Source of the DNA: Leucoraja erinacea
Lineage: Eukaryota
Length of the DNA stretch: 64,000 bases
Assembly (NCBI RefSeq): GCF_028641065.1
Contig: NC_073390.1
Location: 6,014,001 to 6,078,000, forward strand
Direction of reading: 5' to 3'
Shown here: positions 48,330 to 61,049 of the stretch, piece after piece
How the letters are laid out: each line of letters starts with the position of its first letter
Position numbering within the stretch: position 1 is the stretch's first letter
Made by a program: the position numbers and the translations under genes
The notes under the pieces: model-generated
What the model was told of the DNA's origin: nothing
Databases searched by the model: none
What the model saw: only the letters and a program-made list of their open reading frames with translations

Positions 48330-49605
48330 CAAGGTCAGTCTTAAATGACCTCCCCTTTATTCTAAGACTGTGGCCCCTGGTTCTGGACTCGCCCAACATA
48401 GGGAACATTTTTCCTGCATCTAGCTTGTCCAGTCCATTTATAATTTTACATGTTTCTATAAAATTCCCCCTCATCCTTCTAAACTCCAGTGAATACAAGC
48501 CTAGTCTTTTCAATCTTTCCTCATATGACTGTCCCGCCATCCCAGGGATCAATCCCTTGAACCTAAACTGCACTGCCTCAATCACAAGGATGTCCTTCCT
48601 CAAATGAGGAGACCAAAACTGTACACAATACTCCAGATGTGGTCTCACCACAGCCCTATACAACTGCAGAAGAATTTCTCTACTCCTATACTGAAATCCT
48701 CTTGTTATGAAGGCCAACATTCCATTAGCTTTCTTCACTGCCTGCTCTACCTGTACGCCAACTTTCAGTGACCAGTGTAAAAAGACGCCCAGGTCTCGCT
48801 GTACCTCCCCCTTACCTAACCTAACCCCATTGAGATAATAATCTGCCCCCTTGTTTTTGCCGCCAAAGTGGATAACCTCACATTTATATATATTATACTG
48901 CATCTGCCAGGCATTTGCCCACTCACTCAACCTGTCCAGGTCACCCTGCAACCTCTTAACATCCTCTTCACAGTTCACACTGCCACCCAGCTTTGTATCA
49001 TTCGCAAACTTGCTAGTGTTGCTCCTAATTCCCTCTTCCAAATCATTAATATATATGGTAAAGAGTTGCGGCCCCAACACCGAGCCTTGTGGCACGCCAC
49101 TCGCCACTGCCTGCCATTCTGAAAAAGATCCGTTCACTCCTACTCTTTGCTTCCGGTCTGCCAATCAATTTTCTATCCATGTCAACACCCTAACCCCAAT
49201 ACCATGCGCTCTAATTTTAGTCACCAGTCTCCCGTGCGGGACCTTATCAAAGGCTTTCTGAAAGTCTAGATACACTACATCCATTGGCTCCCCTTCATCC
49301 ATTTTACTTGTCACATCCTCAAAAAATTACAGAAGATTAGTCAAGCATGATTTCCCTTTCATAAATCCATGTTGACTTGGACTAATCCTTTTATTGCTAT
49401 CCAAATGCCCCATTATTACCTCTTTAATAATTGACTCCAGCATCTTTCCCATCACCGAAGTCAATCTAACGTCTGTAATTCCCCGTTTTCTCTCCTGCTC
49501 CTTTCTTGAAAATTGGGATCACATTAGCTATCCTCCAATCCACAGGGACTAATCCTGAATCTATTGAACATTGGAAAATAATCACCAATCCATCCACTAT
49601 TTCTA
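48330..49605 (-). mobile_element. CR1 LINE internal RT fragment
   Basis: ORF 48217..49164 closely resembles the ORF at 2300..3229; catalytic FADD reads FAND. Confidence 0.95.
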
Positions 49606-50279
49606 GGTCAATTATGGTCAGCAATGTATCCAGTTGCTGGCTGAGTACTGAATTTATGAAGTTCAGATATGACTAGACTGAAAGCACATTTGAAACATTG
49701 CATTCGATTTGTTGCCAACAGAGTAAGTAAGGTTCATTGACACAAATGTTGCTCCTTCTTAACTCCGTGATCACAAGGATCAGGTTCCATTTTTATTTGA
49801 AGGAGTGGTATTGGGTTTTGAAGATAGCGGGAATTAAAGAGGGGTGCTAATTTTCATTCATTTAATTATTTTTTTATTTTAGTTAGCAGATCCAATTAAT
49901 GTACAGAAACAGAACTACTAGTTGATAACAAGTCCTAACAATCCAAGTGGAATTCCAGCTTTCAAATCACGCAGATGGACATCACTCCGTTCTGTTAGGA
50001 GTCTGCTATTGACTAAATATTAATCATTATTGAAGAGTAAACAAAGAAGTAGAATCCAGAGGACTCAGATGTTTGAAAGTTCACATAGTTGTGGAGATTC
50101 TTATTTGTTGTTTGTTTTAAGGGTTTCTGTTGTAATACAACAACTGTCCAACTGAGTAATGGACTGCTTCACAAATCCACTGCACCTTCAACGTGAGCAG
50201 AGAAAAAAAAAAATTCAGAACTGATTTAAACTGCACTAGTATTCTTTTTTTAAAAGCCCATATCTATTACATCTACTGA

Positions 50280-51680
50280 TTGTAAAACAAAATGCTGGAG
50301 TAGCTTAGCAGGTCATGCAGCATCTCTTGGAGGACATGGATAGGCGACGTTTTGGGCACTAGCTTCTGACACAAGCCCCATCCCCCAACTCTTTCCCCGC
50401 GACATCAAAGACGACATCGGGTTGCTCTTGCAGAACTCGTTGATTTCATCACTAACTCACCCTGCCCTCAAATTTACTTGGACTTTCTCAGACACCTCTC
50501 TCTTTCTCGATGTCCCTGTCTCCATTACAGGGCACAGACTATTGACTGATGTCAACTATAAACTCACTGGCTCCCACAGTTATTTTAATTACACCTCCTC
50601 CCACCCTGCCTCATGCAAGGACACCATCCACTGCTCTCAATTTTTCCATCTCTGCTGCATCTGCTCCCAAGATGAGCTTTTCCACATCCAAGAAATGCTC
50701 TTTCTTTAGTCAATGTGCTTTCACCCTAGCTGATCTGGATCACCCACCAACATCTCCTGTGTCCTAGACATCTGCTCTTGCTTCTCCTCCCCCCAGATAG
50801 AACAAGGATAGAGTTACTCAGGTCCTTACTTTTCACCTCCCCAACCGCCATATCCAACATCACTCTCCAACATTTCCGCCACCTACAACGTGGTCTTACT
50901 AGACATATCTTCCCATCCCCACCTCTTTACCCATTCCATAGTGACCACTCCCTCCACAACTCCTTGGTTCACTCATGTCTACGCACTCAAACCGCCCGCT
51001 GCCCAGGTGCTTTCCCATGCAATTCAAGAGATTCAAAGACGCCTTGAAAGCCATCATGAAGAAATGTGAAATCGACATCGACAATTGGGAAACCAATGCC
51101 AAGGACAGGAAACTCTGGCAAACAATCATCCAAGAAGGAACAGTGACCTTCGAAGCCAAGAGATGTGTAGAATTAGAAGAAATGAGAAGAAAACGGAAAG
51201 AGAGGCAGCCACAACCAAAGCCCGATCTGCCATCTGGAATTACCTGTCCTGAATGCTGCAGAACTTTCAAAGATAGGATTGGACTCATAGGCCACCTGAG
51301 AGCCCATAAAACAACAGAACGTAAACAATCATCCTCGACCTCGAGAGATAGCCACCACGACTGCATTTGGTGCTCCTGATGTGGTTTCCTTTACATCTGC
51401 AAGACCAAGCGCAGACTAGGCAACCCTTTCACTGAACACTTGCACTTGGTCTCCAAGGCCTGCTGGATCCCCTGGTTGCTAACCATTTTAACTCGCCTTC
51501 CCATTCCTGTACCAATCTTTCTGTCCTGGGTCTCCTCCTCTGTCAGAGTGAGGCCACATGCACACTGGAGGAACAGCACCTCATATTCTAGTGTGAATAA
51601 GAGTCCCACCACAAAATGTTGCCTATCTATGACCTCCAGAGATGTTGTCTGGTCCACTGTGTTATTCCAGAAATTTGTGT
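50280..51680 (+). mobile_element. Decayed PLE (RT C-terminus to GIY-YIG) interrupted by an RTE fragment
   Basis: HPALKFTW...FLDV...TDVNYK...SYFNYTSSHPASCK. Confidence 0.85.
51022..51360 (+). mobile_element. RTE-clade LINE 3' end with C2H2 finger, nested in a PLE
   Basis: RFKDALK...IDNWE..AKDRKLW...CPECCRTFKDRIGLIGHLRAH. Confidence 0.8.
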
Positions 51681-51684
51681 ATTA

Positions 51685-52172
51685 CCCACGCCACCCCCGT
51701 TGGGCCCACGCCACCCCCGCTGGGCCCACGCCACCCCCGCTGGGCCCACGCCACCCCCGCTGGTCCCACGCCACCCCCGCTGGGCCCACGCTACCCCCGC
51801 TGGGCCCACGCCACCCCCGCTGACCCCCGCTGGGCCCACGCCACCCCCGCTGGGTCCACGCCACACTCGCTGAGCCCCACTGGGCCCACGCCGCCCTCAT
51901 TGTCCCCCGCCACCCCCGCTGGGCCCAGGCCACCCCCGCTGGGCCCAGGCCACCCCGCTGGGCCCAGGCCACCCCCGCTGGTTCCACACCACCGCTGCTG
52001 CTGGGCCCAGGCCACCCCCGCTGGGCCCACGCCACCCCCGCTGGGCCCAGGCCACCCCCGCTGGGCCCACGCCACCCCCGCTGGGCCCACGCCACCCCCG
52101 CTGGGTCCACGCCACCCCCACTGCCCACGCCACCCCCGCTGGGCCCACGCCCCCCATCTTCGCCCACGCCAC
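51685..52172. repeat. 20-bp GC-rich minisatellite (CCACCCCCGCTGGGCCCACG)n
   Basis: About 24 units' worth of tandem copies with CCCAGG and GTCCAC variants; explains the Pro/Ala/Gly-rich spurious ORFs here. Confidence 0.95.
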
Positions 52173-52579
52173 CTTCATCTTCATCCCCCCTGCCAGAAAG
52201 AGGGGAGATGTGGGAGGGGGAGAGAGAGAGGGGAAGGGAGGGGAGAGAGAGAATGGAGGAGGGAAGAGGGAAAGGGGGATTATCTTTAGTGAGATTAAAA
52301 ATTAAGGTAGGTTTTAGACCTATTATATTTTCTCCTCCATACGAGTAATATGAAACAATATCAAATAATATCAAACAATTGGAACTTTTATTTTCCTTGA
52401 TAATAATACTGAAAAATATGAATTCCATAGTTTGTGACATAAATATACATTTTAATGGGATCATTATATACAGATGTAACATTTCCATTTCGAGATCGGG
52501 GGGGGGGGGGGGGGGGGGCAAATATGCGTCAAGCCGATAGCCTAATCGTTAAAGAGTTAAAAGATAGCCTAATCGATAA

Positions 52580-53545
52580 AGAGCTGAGAAGAGGAATCGG
52601 AGCTGCCAAGGAAAGGTACTCTGAGAAGTTGAGGAGCAAGTTCTCAGCTAGTGACTCTTCTTCAGTTTGGAAGGGCATGCAAGAAATCACCAGCTATAAG
52701 AGGAAAGCCCCCCGCTCTTTGGACAATCATCAGCTGACGAACTACCTGAATGAGTTTTACTGCAGGTTTGAAAATCAGAAACGTAACCCTGGTACCCCTT
52801 CCCCAACAAACACAGCCAGACCCCAGTCTTCAAAGAATGGTCCTTGCACCCTCTCCTTCCCATTCACCACCTCACACCTACTTAAGGCAAGAGTCCAGTA
52901 GGAAAAGAGTGGACCCTTTCCCATCCCCACCAACACTTCACACCCAATTACTCATTTTTAACCAGTCCCTGCAAAGATGCATGGTCCCTGCCTGCTTCAA
53001 AGTCTCCACTATTGGCCCTGTACCCAAAAACGTAAGGATTACTGGTCTTAATGACTAAAGGCTTGTCGCACTGACCTCTGTAGTCATGGAGACCATTGAA
53101 AGGCTTGTGCTGGCCAAGCTGAAAAATATCACAATCCCTCTGCTGAACTCTCTGCACTTTGCATATTGGGCCAATAGATCTGTGGATGATGCAGTCAATC
53201 TGGGCCTGCACTTCATCCACCAGCACCTAGACCGCCAGGGGACCTATGCGAGGATTTTGTTTGTTGATTTTAGCTCTGCATTCAACACCATTGTGCCAGA
53301 GCTACTACGGTCCAAACTTTCTGAGTTGACTGTGCCTGAACCCCTGACAGACGGGAAGCAGCATGCGAGGCAGGAAAGCATATCTCGGACCCGCAAACGC
53401 TCAGCATAGGAGCGCCGCAAGATGCATACTCTCCCCTCTCCTCTACTCTCGCCACACCAATGACTGCACCTCCACAGACACCTCTGTCAAGCTTCTCAAG
53501 CTTGCGGACGACACATCCCTGATTGGACTGATCCAGGATGGGGAT
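52580..53545 (+). mobile_element. Rex1/Babar-like LINE RT fragment
   Basis: [45 protein letters not shown]. Confidence 0.88.
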
Positions 53546-55440
53546 CTCTGTACTCTTTTCAATTTGACATCTTTCCTATAACATGGTGCCCAGAACTGAA
53601 CACAATATTCTAAATGCCGTCTCACCAAAGTCTTATACAACTGCAACATGACCTCACAACTTCTATACTCAATACTCTGACTGATGAAGGCCAAAGTGCC
53701 AAAATACGTTTTGACCACCTGATATACCTGCGACACGACATTCAAGGAACCATGCAACCATTCCTCTGCCCACCTGGCTAATTGATCCAGATCCTGCTGC
53801 AATCTTTCACAACCATCTTCACTATCTGCAAAACCACTCACTTCTGTATCATCAGCAAACTTGCTAATCTTGCCCTGTTCTGTGACGTTTCACAGAGTGC
53901 TGGAGTAACTCAGCGGGTCAGGCTGAGTATAGAAGTTGGGAGGTCATGTTGCAGTTGCATAAGAAGTTGGTGAGGCCGCATTCAGAGTATTGTGTTCAGT
54001 TCTGGGCACCATGTTATAGGAAAGATGTCATCAAACTGGAAAGGGTACAGAGAAGATTTACGAGGATATTGCCAGGACTAGAGGGCCAGAGCTATAGGGA
54101 GAGGTTGAGTAGGCTGGGACTCTATTTCATGGAGCACAGGAGGATGAGGGATGATCTAATAGAGGTGTATAAAATCATGATTTGAATAGATATGGTTGAG
54201 TCTTTTGCCCAGAGTAGGTGAATCAAGGAGCAGAGGACATAAGTTTAAGGTGAACGGCAAAAGATTTAATTGGAATCTGAGGGGTATGTTTTTCACACAA
54301 AGGGTGGTAGATGTATGGAACAAGCTGCCAAAGGAGGTAGTTGAGGCAGGGACTATCGCAACATTTAAGAAACAGTCAAACAGGTACATGGATAGGATAG
54401 GTTCGGAGGGATATGGATCAAACGTGGGCAGGTGGGACAAGTGCAGATGGGACATGCAGGGCCGAAGGGCCTGTTTCCATACTGTATCACTCTTATGACT
54501 CTATCTATCTTTCCCACTCAAACACATTCTCCTGCCTTCTCCCCATTACCTCCGACACCCATATCAATCAAGAATCTATCAACCTCCTCCTGAAAAATGT
54601 CCATTGACTTGACCTCCACAGCTGTCTGTGACAATGAATTCCACAGTTCACCACCCTCCGACTTACGAAATTCCTGCTCATCTCCTTCCTAAAGGAATGT
54701 CTTTTAATTCCAAGGTTGTGGCCACTGGTCCTCGACTCTCCCACTAGTGGAAACATCCTCTCCACATCCACTCCATCCAGGTTTTTAAACCAGGCTGGGA
54801 CAGACTGCAACAGCTTCACACCATGTCCCAAAGCTCATGTCCGGTCCTGTACCACCCAAGGCAGCAGAGACATTATAGGAGGGGGCAAGGACCTCACGAT
54901 GGTTTGGGTAACATTCCGGAATGTCTACGCATGCCACATCATGAATATTACTGAAGAACGGTCTTGACTCGAAATATAATCTCCAGAGATGCTGCCTGAC
55001 TCACTGAGTTACTCCAGCACTCGGTGACATGTCATCTTTCCATGTTCTCCAGAGATGCTGCCTGACCCGCTGAGTTACTCCAGCACTTTGTGTCCTTTCC
55101 TATGTTCCTTTCCACCCATAAACCTCTCTCTGCATTTACATTTCACTCCTCTTTCAAATCTGCTCTACTTATCTACATTCATTTTTCTTCTTAACTTTTA
55201 AGTCATAGAATGGTGCAGTGTGGAAACAGGCCCTTCAGCCCAACTTACCCACACCGACCGACATGTCCCATGTAAACTAGTCCCACTCACACGCGTTTGG
55301 CCCATATCCATCTAAATCTGTCCTATCCATGTACGTGTCCAAATGTCTCTTGAACATTAGGATAGTCCCAGCCTTAACTACCTCCTCGTTCCATACACCC
55401 AGCACCCTTTGTGTGAAAAAGCTGCCTCAGATTCCTGTTA
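53545..55440. mobile_element. Mosaic of CR1 fragments in alternating orientation, with PLE tails
   Basis: CR1 motifs on minus (53545-53875), plus (53925-54500) and minus (54500-54780; 55200-55440). Confidence 0.85.
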
Positions 55441-56229
55441 ATTTCTGAAATATTGGTCATAAATTTGGTGCAAAAAGCTCCAAAATAAGGCTCAGAATGC
55501 ATCAGAGAGCATCTAAAACCCCAGAGCTTCCAGGGCCCTTAAGCGGACCCTGGACCCTGGCATCGAGGGACTGCACGCTTTGCGCTCATGATGTGCGCAG
55601 CGCGCACACTATTTCACATAGTAGAGTCAAACAATTATGGGGGAGATTGATTCAGAAAAATACAACTTCTTACTACAAATAACATCATAGAAAATCTATG
55701 ACACAGGAGGCCATTCAACGCATTTGAATCAGTCCTCATCAAAAATGAAACCCAAGCTAATCCCACATTCCACTACAAGGACGGAGCCTTGAAGGTTACA
55801 GCTTTGTAAGTACACATCCGAGTAATGTTTCAAAGTTCTGAGGGTTCTGCCTCCCCCACCCATTCATGCAGTGAGTTCCAGACCTCTGCCACCCTCATAG
55901 TAAAACAATATTTACCTCATCTTTCATCTAATCCTAATAATTATAGATCTACATCAACCAAACTTTGACTTCTGAAATATGAAGCTCAGAAGTCTCTGAA
56001 TTCTGAACTATGACGCTCAGAAGGAATAGAAGCATGAATAGACGTGTTTGAGACTGTCTGCCATTCAGATCATTGCTGATCTTTTGCCTCAATGCCATTT
56101 TCCAGCCCAATCCCATTATTCTTTGATTTCCTTAATGACTAAACCCCACAGCTCTTGAGCATAAAGAATTCCATACAGAAATCCCTCAATGCAGCCCTGA
56201 ACAATATTCCAAACTTGGGCTGGGTAAAC

Positions 56230-56660
56230 ATCTCAGAGTACAGGTGTTCGCATAATCTACCCTTGGTCGTGTCAGGAGCACTGAATGCAGTGGATGAGGT
56301 TAGAGGAGGTGCATGTTAACCTCTGTCTCACGTGGAAGGGCTACTGTGGATAGGGACAGGTATTACATCTCCTGCGGTTGCAGAAGAAAATACCTGGGGA
56401 GGGGGTGGGAATGGATGTGAACTAAGGTGTTGTAGTGGGAGTGGTCCCTATGGAAAGCAGAAAGGGGTATGGATGGAAAGATGTTACTCGTGCTAGAATC
56501 ACGTTGAAGGTGGCAGAAATATCCGAGAACAAAGCGGAGGCTGTTGGAATGATAGATAAGGACTTGGGGAATTCTACCCTTGTTCCATCGGTGTGGGAGA
56601 GGAATGAGAGCTGAACAGGTTATAGAGAAGACACGGGTGAGGGATCCATCTACGATAGCT

Positions 56661-56691
<31 letters not shown>

Positions 56692-57920
56692 GACGACCAC
56701 ATTTACTAGAGAAGGAGGACATCTCATATAACCTACAGTGTGGACAGCTTCATCTTGCGTGCTGGATGCGGCAGAGATGTAGAAGTTGAGAGTATGATAG
56801 CATCTTTGCAAGAGACAGGATGGGAGGAGATGCAATCCAGATATCTGTGGGAGTCAGTGGGTTTATATGAGATGACAGTGATTAATCTTCATGTGATAGG
56901 AGAAAAATTAGGCCATTTGGCCCATCATCTACTCCACCATTCAATCATGACTGATCTATCCCTCTCAACCCCATTCTCTTGCCTTCTCCCCATAACCACT
57001 GACACCCTGTCACCCATAGGTCAATCTGTCTCCTGTGATGGAGACTGAGATCAAGAAAGGAGAGAGAGAGATGTCAAAGATAGTCCAAACAAATTTGACA
57101 TAAGGGTGGAGGTTGGTGGTAAAGTTAATGCAATAAATGAGTTCTACATGAGTGCAGGAGGCAGCCCCGATGTAGTGCAGAAAGAGTCGGGGTTGGTGCT
57201 AGTGTTTGGAATAAGGACTGTTTGACGTGACCAACAAAAAGACTGATTGAGGCCCACGCAAGTGTCCATGGCTACACCTTTAACTTGAAGGAAGTGAGTG
57301 GAGTCAAAAGAGAAGTTGTTGAGGGTGAGGATAAGTACCACCAGGCAGAGGAGACTATTAGTAAAGGGAAATTGATTGTGTCCCTGTTTAAGAATTGAAG
57401 GGCCGCGAGACCTTCCTACTAGGGAATGGAAGTGTAAAGAGACTGGACGTCCATGGTAAAAAATGAGGCAATGGAGGCTTAGGAATTGGAAGTTATTGAA
57501 GTGGTGAAGAGCACATGAGGTTCCTCACATATAGGTCGATTGGACAAAGGAGGATAAGATGTAATCAAGTTATTTGGAGAGGAGTTCTGTGAGACTGAAA
57601 CAATGTGCGGAGCAGTCCTGTTATGGGGAGAAGGCAAGAGAATGGGGTTGAGAGGGATAGATCAGCCATGATTGAATGGTGGAGTAGATGATGGGCAAAA
57701 TGGCATAATTTTGCTCCTATCACATGGATGTGCGGAGCAGTCCTGTTTGTTGATTTTGGACAGGAGACAGAAATATTGGGCAGGGGATCTAAAGGTTTGG
57801 ATGGAAGATCACCAGAGCTGATGAGATTAACGGTCTAGGAGATGGTGGCTGCTGTTTGTCTTTGTGTCATGGTCAAAGGGCACGTTTGAGGGCTGGTGCC
57901 TGGCTTCAGCATGGTAGAGG
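56230..57920 (-). mobile_element. Decayed PLE RT region with two inserted CR1 tails
   Basis: LILTLNNFSFDSTHFLQVKGVAM (PLE RT motif; ORF 57144..57341). Confidence 0.8.
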
Positions 57921-58406
57921 CCCAGCAGGGGGAGTCCATGAGGAGGATTGTTGAAGATTGGAGAAGGGGTCGACTTGGAGATGAGGACTCCTCACCCAAG
58001 AAAATGGCCTGGAGGCAGAAGTGAAAGAAGGAGCTCCCCCGCCCCCGGTCTCAGACTTTCCATTTCACACCCCTTTTCTTATCACACAATCTTTTGTCTT
58101 TTCATCTCTGGCCGTTGTCCAACCACCTGCCAATCAAAGTCCCCCTCACCTGCATCCACCTGTCATTTTCCAGGCTTTGCCCCGCCCCCACCTCTTCCAG
58201 CTTTGTCCCTCCAATGCAATCTCCTACCCAACCCAAAACGTTGCCTAGCCAGGTTCTCCAGAGACGTGGCCTGACCAACCGAGTTAGTCCAGCAATTTGT
58301 GGGGTTTTTTTGTAAACGTTTCTGCAGTTCTTTGAGTCTACAGCCCTCATGTAGAAAACACAGCATTTTTGGAACCAGGAATTCTTGGTTCTACAACCCT
58401 CTATGC

Positions 58407-58757
58407 CAGGGGTGGGGAACCTGCGGCCTTCTAAGCCATTAAGTGCGTCCTTTTGAATGAATCCAAATTTTGTACAACAAATCTTTTTATTTATTAATGT
58501 GTTTTGTTCATCTTTTATTATTTTTCTTTTAATCTTAAAATGAATGTATTTAAAATACCAAAGAGTAAAAGAAGATTCAACAAAATAATCCTCCCCAACT
58601 GACGGCCACAATTAAAACATTAGTAAGTCATGAGGGCTATTTTAACAAACTAATGTACATTTTGAAGTATATCTAACTGAAGTTTCTTGAATGCGGCCTT
58701 ATTAGATTACAGCTAATTTAATGTGGCATTCCACCATGAAAGGTTTCCCCACCCCTG
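58407..58757. mobile_element. hAT-Charlie-like MITE
   Basis: TIRs CAGGGGTGGGGAACCT / AGGTTTCCCCACCCCTG; perfect 8-bp TSD CTCTATGC. Confidence 0.92.
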
Positions 58758-59047
58758 CTCTATGCGAATTGCAGGGTTTTTTTTATAAACATCCATCTGA
58801 ATTAAGTTTTTCTTCAACCTAACTGTTTCAAAGAAAATAACTGCAGTTATCCAACATTTCTTACTAGCAAAAATGTAATAGCAACGTGTTTGCGAAATTA
58901 TTGTTGAGGTAAAAATAAAGGGGAAAGCTGGGAGGAGGATGTATATCGGCAAGGGTGGGTATAATGGTTAATTACACAGTAAATCATAAGATAAACGACA
59001 CAAACCCCATCCTATAGCATTGACTAGCACCCAGTGCAGCTCGGTAC

Positions 59048-59672
59048 CTTCTGTGACGCCCGACACAGCTCGGAGAACAACACAGGTGGTCTTTTTCAGC
59101 TCCAGCATAGAGTCGGGCTGGTTGGAGATGAAGGGCAGTGCCTGCACACACTCGCCGGGTTGCCGGTGGAAGATAGTCCGCAGGTAATACTCGACGAGGC
59201 GGACGGCGATGCCGAGCTGTCCGCTGGCAGAGTCGGCGTGCACCACCCCAATGAGCGCGGGCAGCTCCTTCCATGAACCGCACCGCAACCGCACGTCCTT
59301 CAGCAGCTCTCGGATCACCAGGTCGTTCAGCTTGTCACAGATAAAGTCTTGGTGGAAGAGGAAGATAATTAACCTGGCGTTGATCATTCTCTGCTCCTTG
59401 TTCCCGTTAACAATCTGTGTCACTTTCGCGGAGGGGTCGAGTAAGTTTTCACTCTCACGTTCGAGCCCACACTCGGACTTGGGCTCCTCGCAGCGCGGCT
59501 CCGCTACTCTGCTGCAAACTTTCCCATGTCGCGGGAACATGTTATTGACAAACTGGAACATCAAGTCCCTGCTGTCGCACACCTCCCCGATCAGGAAGAT
59601 GCTCTCCCTGCCGCCGATAGCCTTCACCATCTGCTGGAACTCGCGCTCCGTCCACTCCGCATCCAGGTCCAT
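59048..59672 (-). CDS. C2orf72: C2orf72-like protein, coding exon 1
   Basis: GCGGCGATGG start; FQQMVKAIGGRESIFLIGE, LIIFLF, ELLKDVRLR, ALIGVV and LRTIFHRQ blocks line up with human C2orf72 as recalled (FQALVEAAGGRGQVLLVGE, EMLRDVRGR, ALVGVL, LRAVFGRQ); donor GAAG|gtacc; same strand and upstream of PSMD1 as in human. Confidence 0.85.
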
Positions 59673-59734
59673 CGCCGCCGCCGCCGCCGCTCCGTCCCCA
59701 CCCCGCCCGGGCAGAGAGACTCCCGCCCCCCGGA

Positions 59735-60620
59735 CACTACAGCGGCCCCGCCCCCCACACACACTACAGCGGCCCCGCCCCCACACACACACACTACAGT
59801 AGCCCCGCCCCCACACACACACTACAGTAGCCCCGCCCCCACACACACTACAGCGGCCCCGCCCCCCCACACACTTACAGCGGCCCCCCCCCCCCACACA
59901 CACTACAGTAGCCCCGCCCCCCACACACACACTACTATAGCCCCGCCCCCCCACACACACTACAGTAGCCCCGCCCCCACACACACACACTACTATAGCC
60001 CCGCCCCCCACACACTACAGTACCCCGCCCCCCCCACACACACAGTACTATAGCCCCGCCCCCCACACACACTACAGTAGCCCCGCCCCCACACACACAC
60101 TACCCGCCCCGACACTACAATAGCCCCGCCCCCACACAACAGTAGCCCCCCCCCCCCACACACACACACTACAGTAGCCCCGCCCCACACACGGTACTAT
60201 AGCCCCCCGCCCCCCACACGCTACACTACATTAGCCCCGCCCCCCCCACACACACACACTACTGTAGCCCCGCCCCCCACACGCTACACTACATTAGCCC
60301 CGCCCCCACACACAACAGTAGCCCCGCCCCCTTACACTATATTACAGTAGCCCCGGGGAGATACACACACTCTACACCAAAGATCTTAGCTCTACACTAC
60401 GGCGGCCCCGCCCCCCCACACACTACACTAAGGGGGCTGCCCCCCACACATCACAGTAGACCCCCCCCCCCACACAGTCACAGTAGCCCCGTCCCTCACA
60501 CACTAGCCCTTTAGCCCAACGCCCACACAGACACAACAATAGCCCCGCCCCCACTCACTACAATATGCCCCCGTCCCCACTCACTTACAGTAGCCCCGTC
60601 CCCCACGCACACACAGCAGC
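59735..60620. repeat. GC-box minisatellite (about 27-32 bp unit: (CA)n-CTACAGTAGCCCCGCCCC) at the C2orf72 5' end
   Basis: More than 20 degenerate tandem copies directly upstream of the start codon. Confidence 0.9.
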
Positions 60621-61049
60621 GGTCCCACCCCCCCACAAACATACCTTCGCTGCGGCCCCGCCCCCACAGCGGCGGTCCTCCCCACGATTGTCTGGGACGA
60701 GAGGGCCAACGGTCGTTGATGGGGCGGGATCCCCCCTCCCCTCTGCGCTCCAGCGTCACAATATCACGATCTTGGGGAGTACCGCCCCCTGTCGTCAACC
60801 GCTGCCGCGCTGTGAGGGGATTAAAGTAAGGGGACTGTCTATGCGGGGAGAGGGTACAAATCAAAAAGGGAGAAAAGAGGGAGAGGGTGGGGGGGGGGGG
60901 GGGGAAGAGGGTGAGAGAAATCAACAGAGGGACGTGGACAGTGAGGGAGAGAATTCAGGGTGAGGGAGGGGACTGTGGGGGAGGGTGAGAGAGGGGTGAA
61001 GGGAGGGGGGTGTAAGTGCATCATGGACACTAGAATTGCTTGAATTTAG

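Noticed and set aside
51685-52172. CRISPR-like array, or Pro/Gly-rich protein ORFs (215 and 279 aa)
   Set aside because: Units are contiguous with no unique spacers; the context is eukaryotic; ORFs are stop-free only because the repeat lacks stop codons
53679-53705. CTGATGA hammerhead-like box in CR1 antisense (also near 62301)
   Set aside because: No stem II plus GAAA follows; it is the reverse complement of the CR1 LAFISQ codons
59673-60011. 347-aa ORF taken as the real protein including a Gly/Val/Cys N-terminus
   Set aside because: The upstream part is translated minisatellite with a non-ATG start; homology to C2orf72 begins at the ATG at 59672 and ends at the donor at 59048
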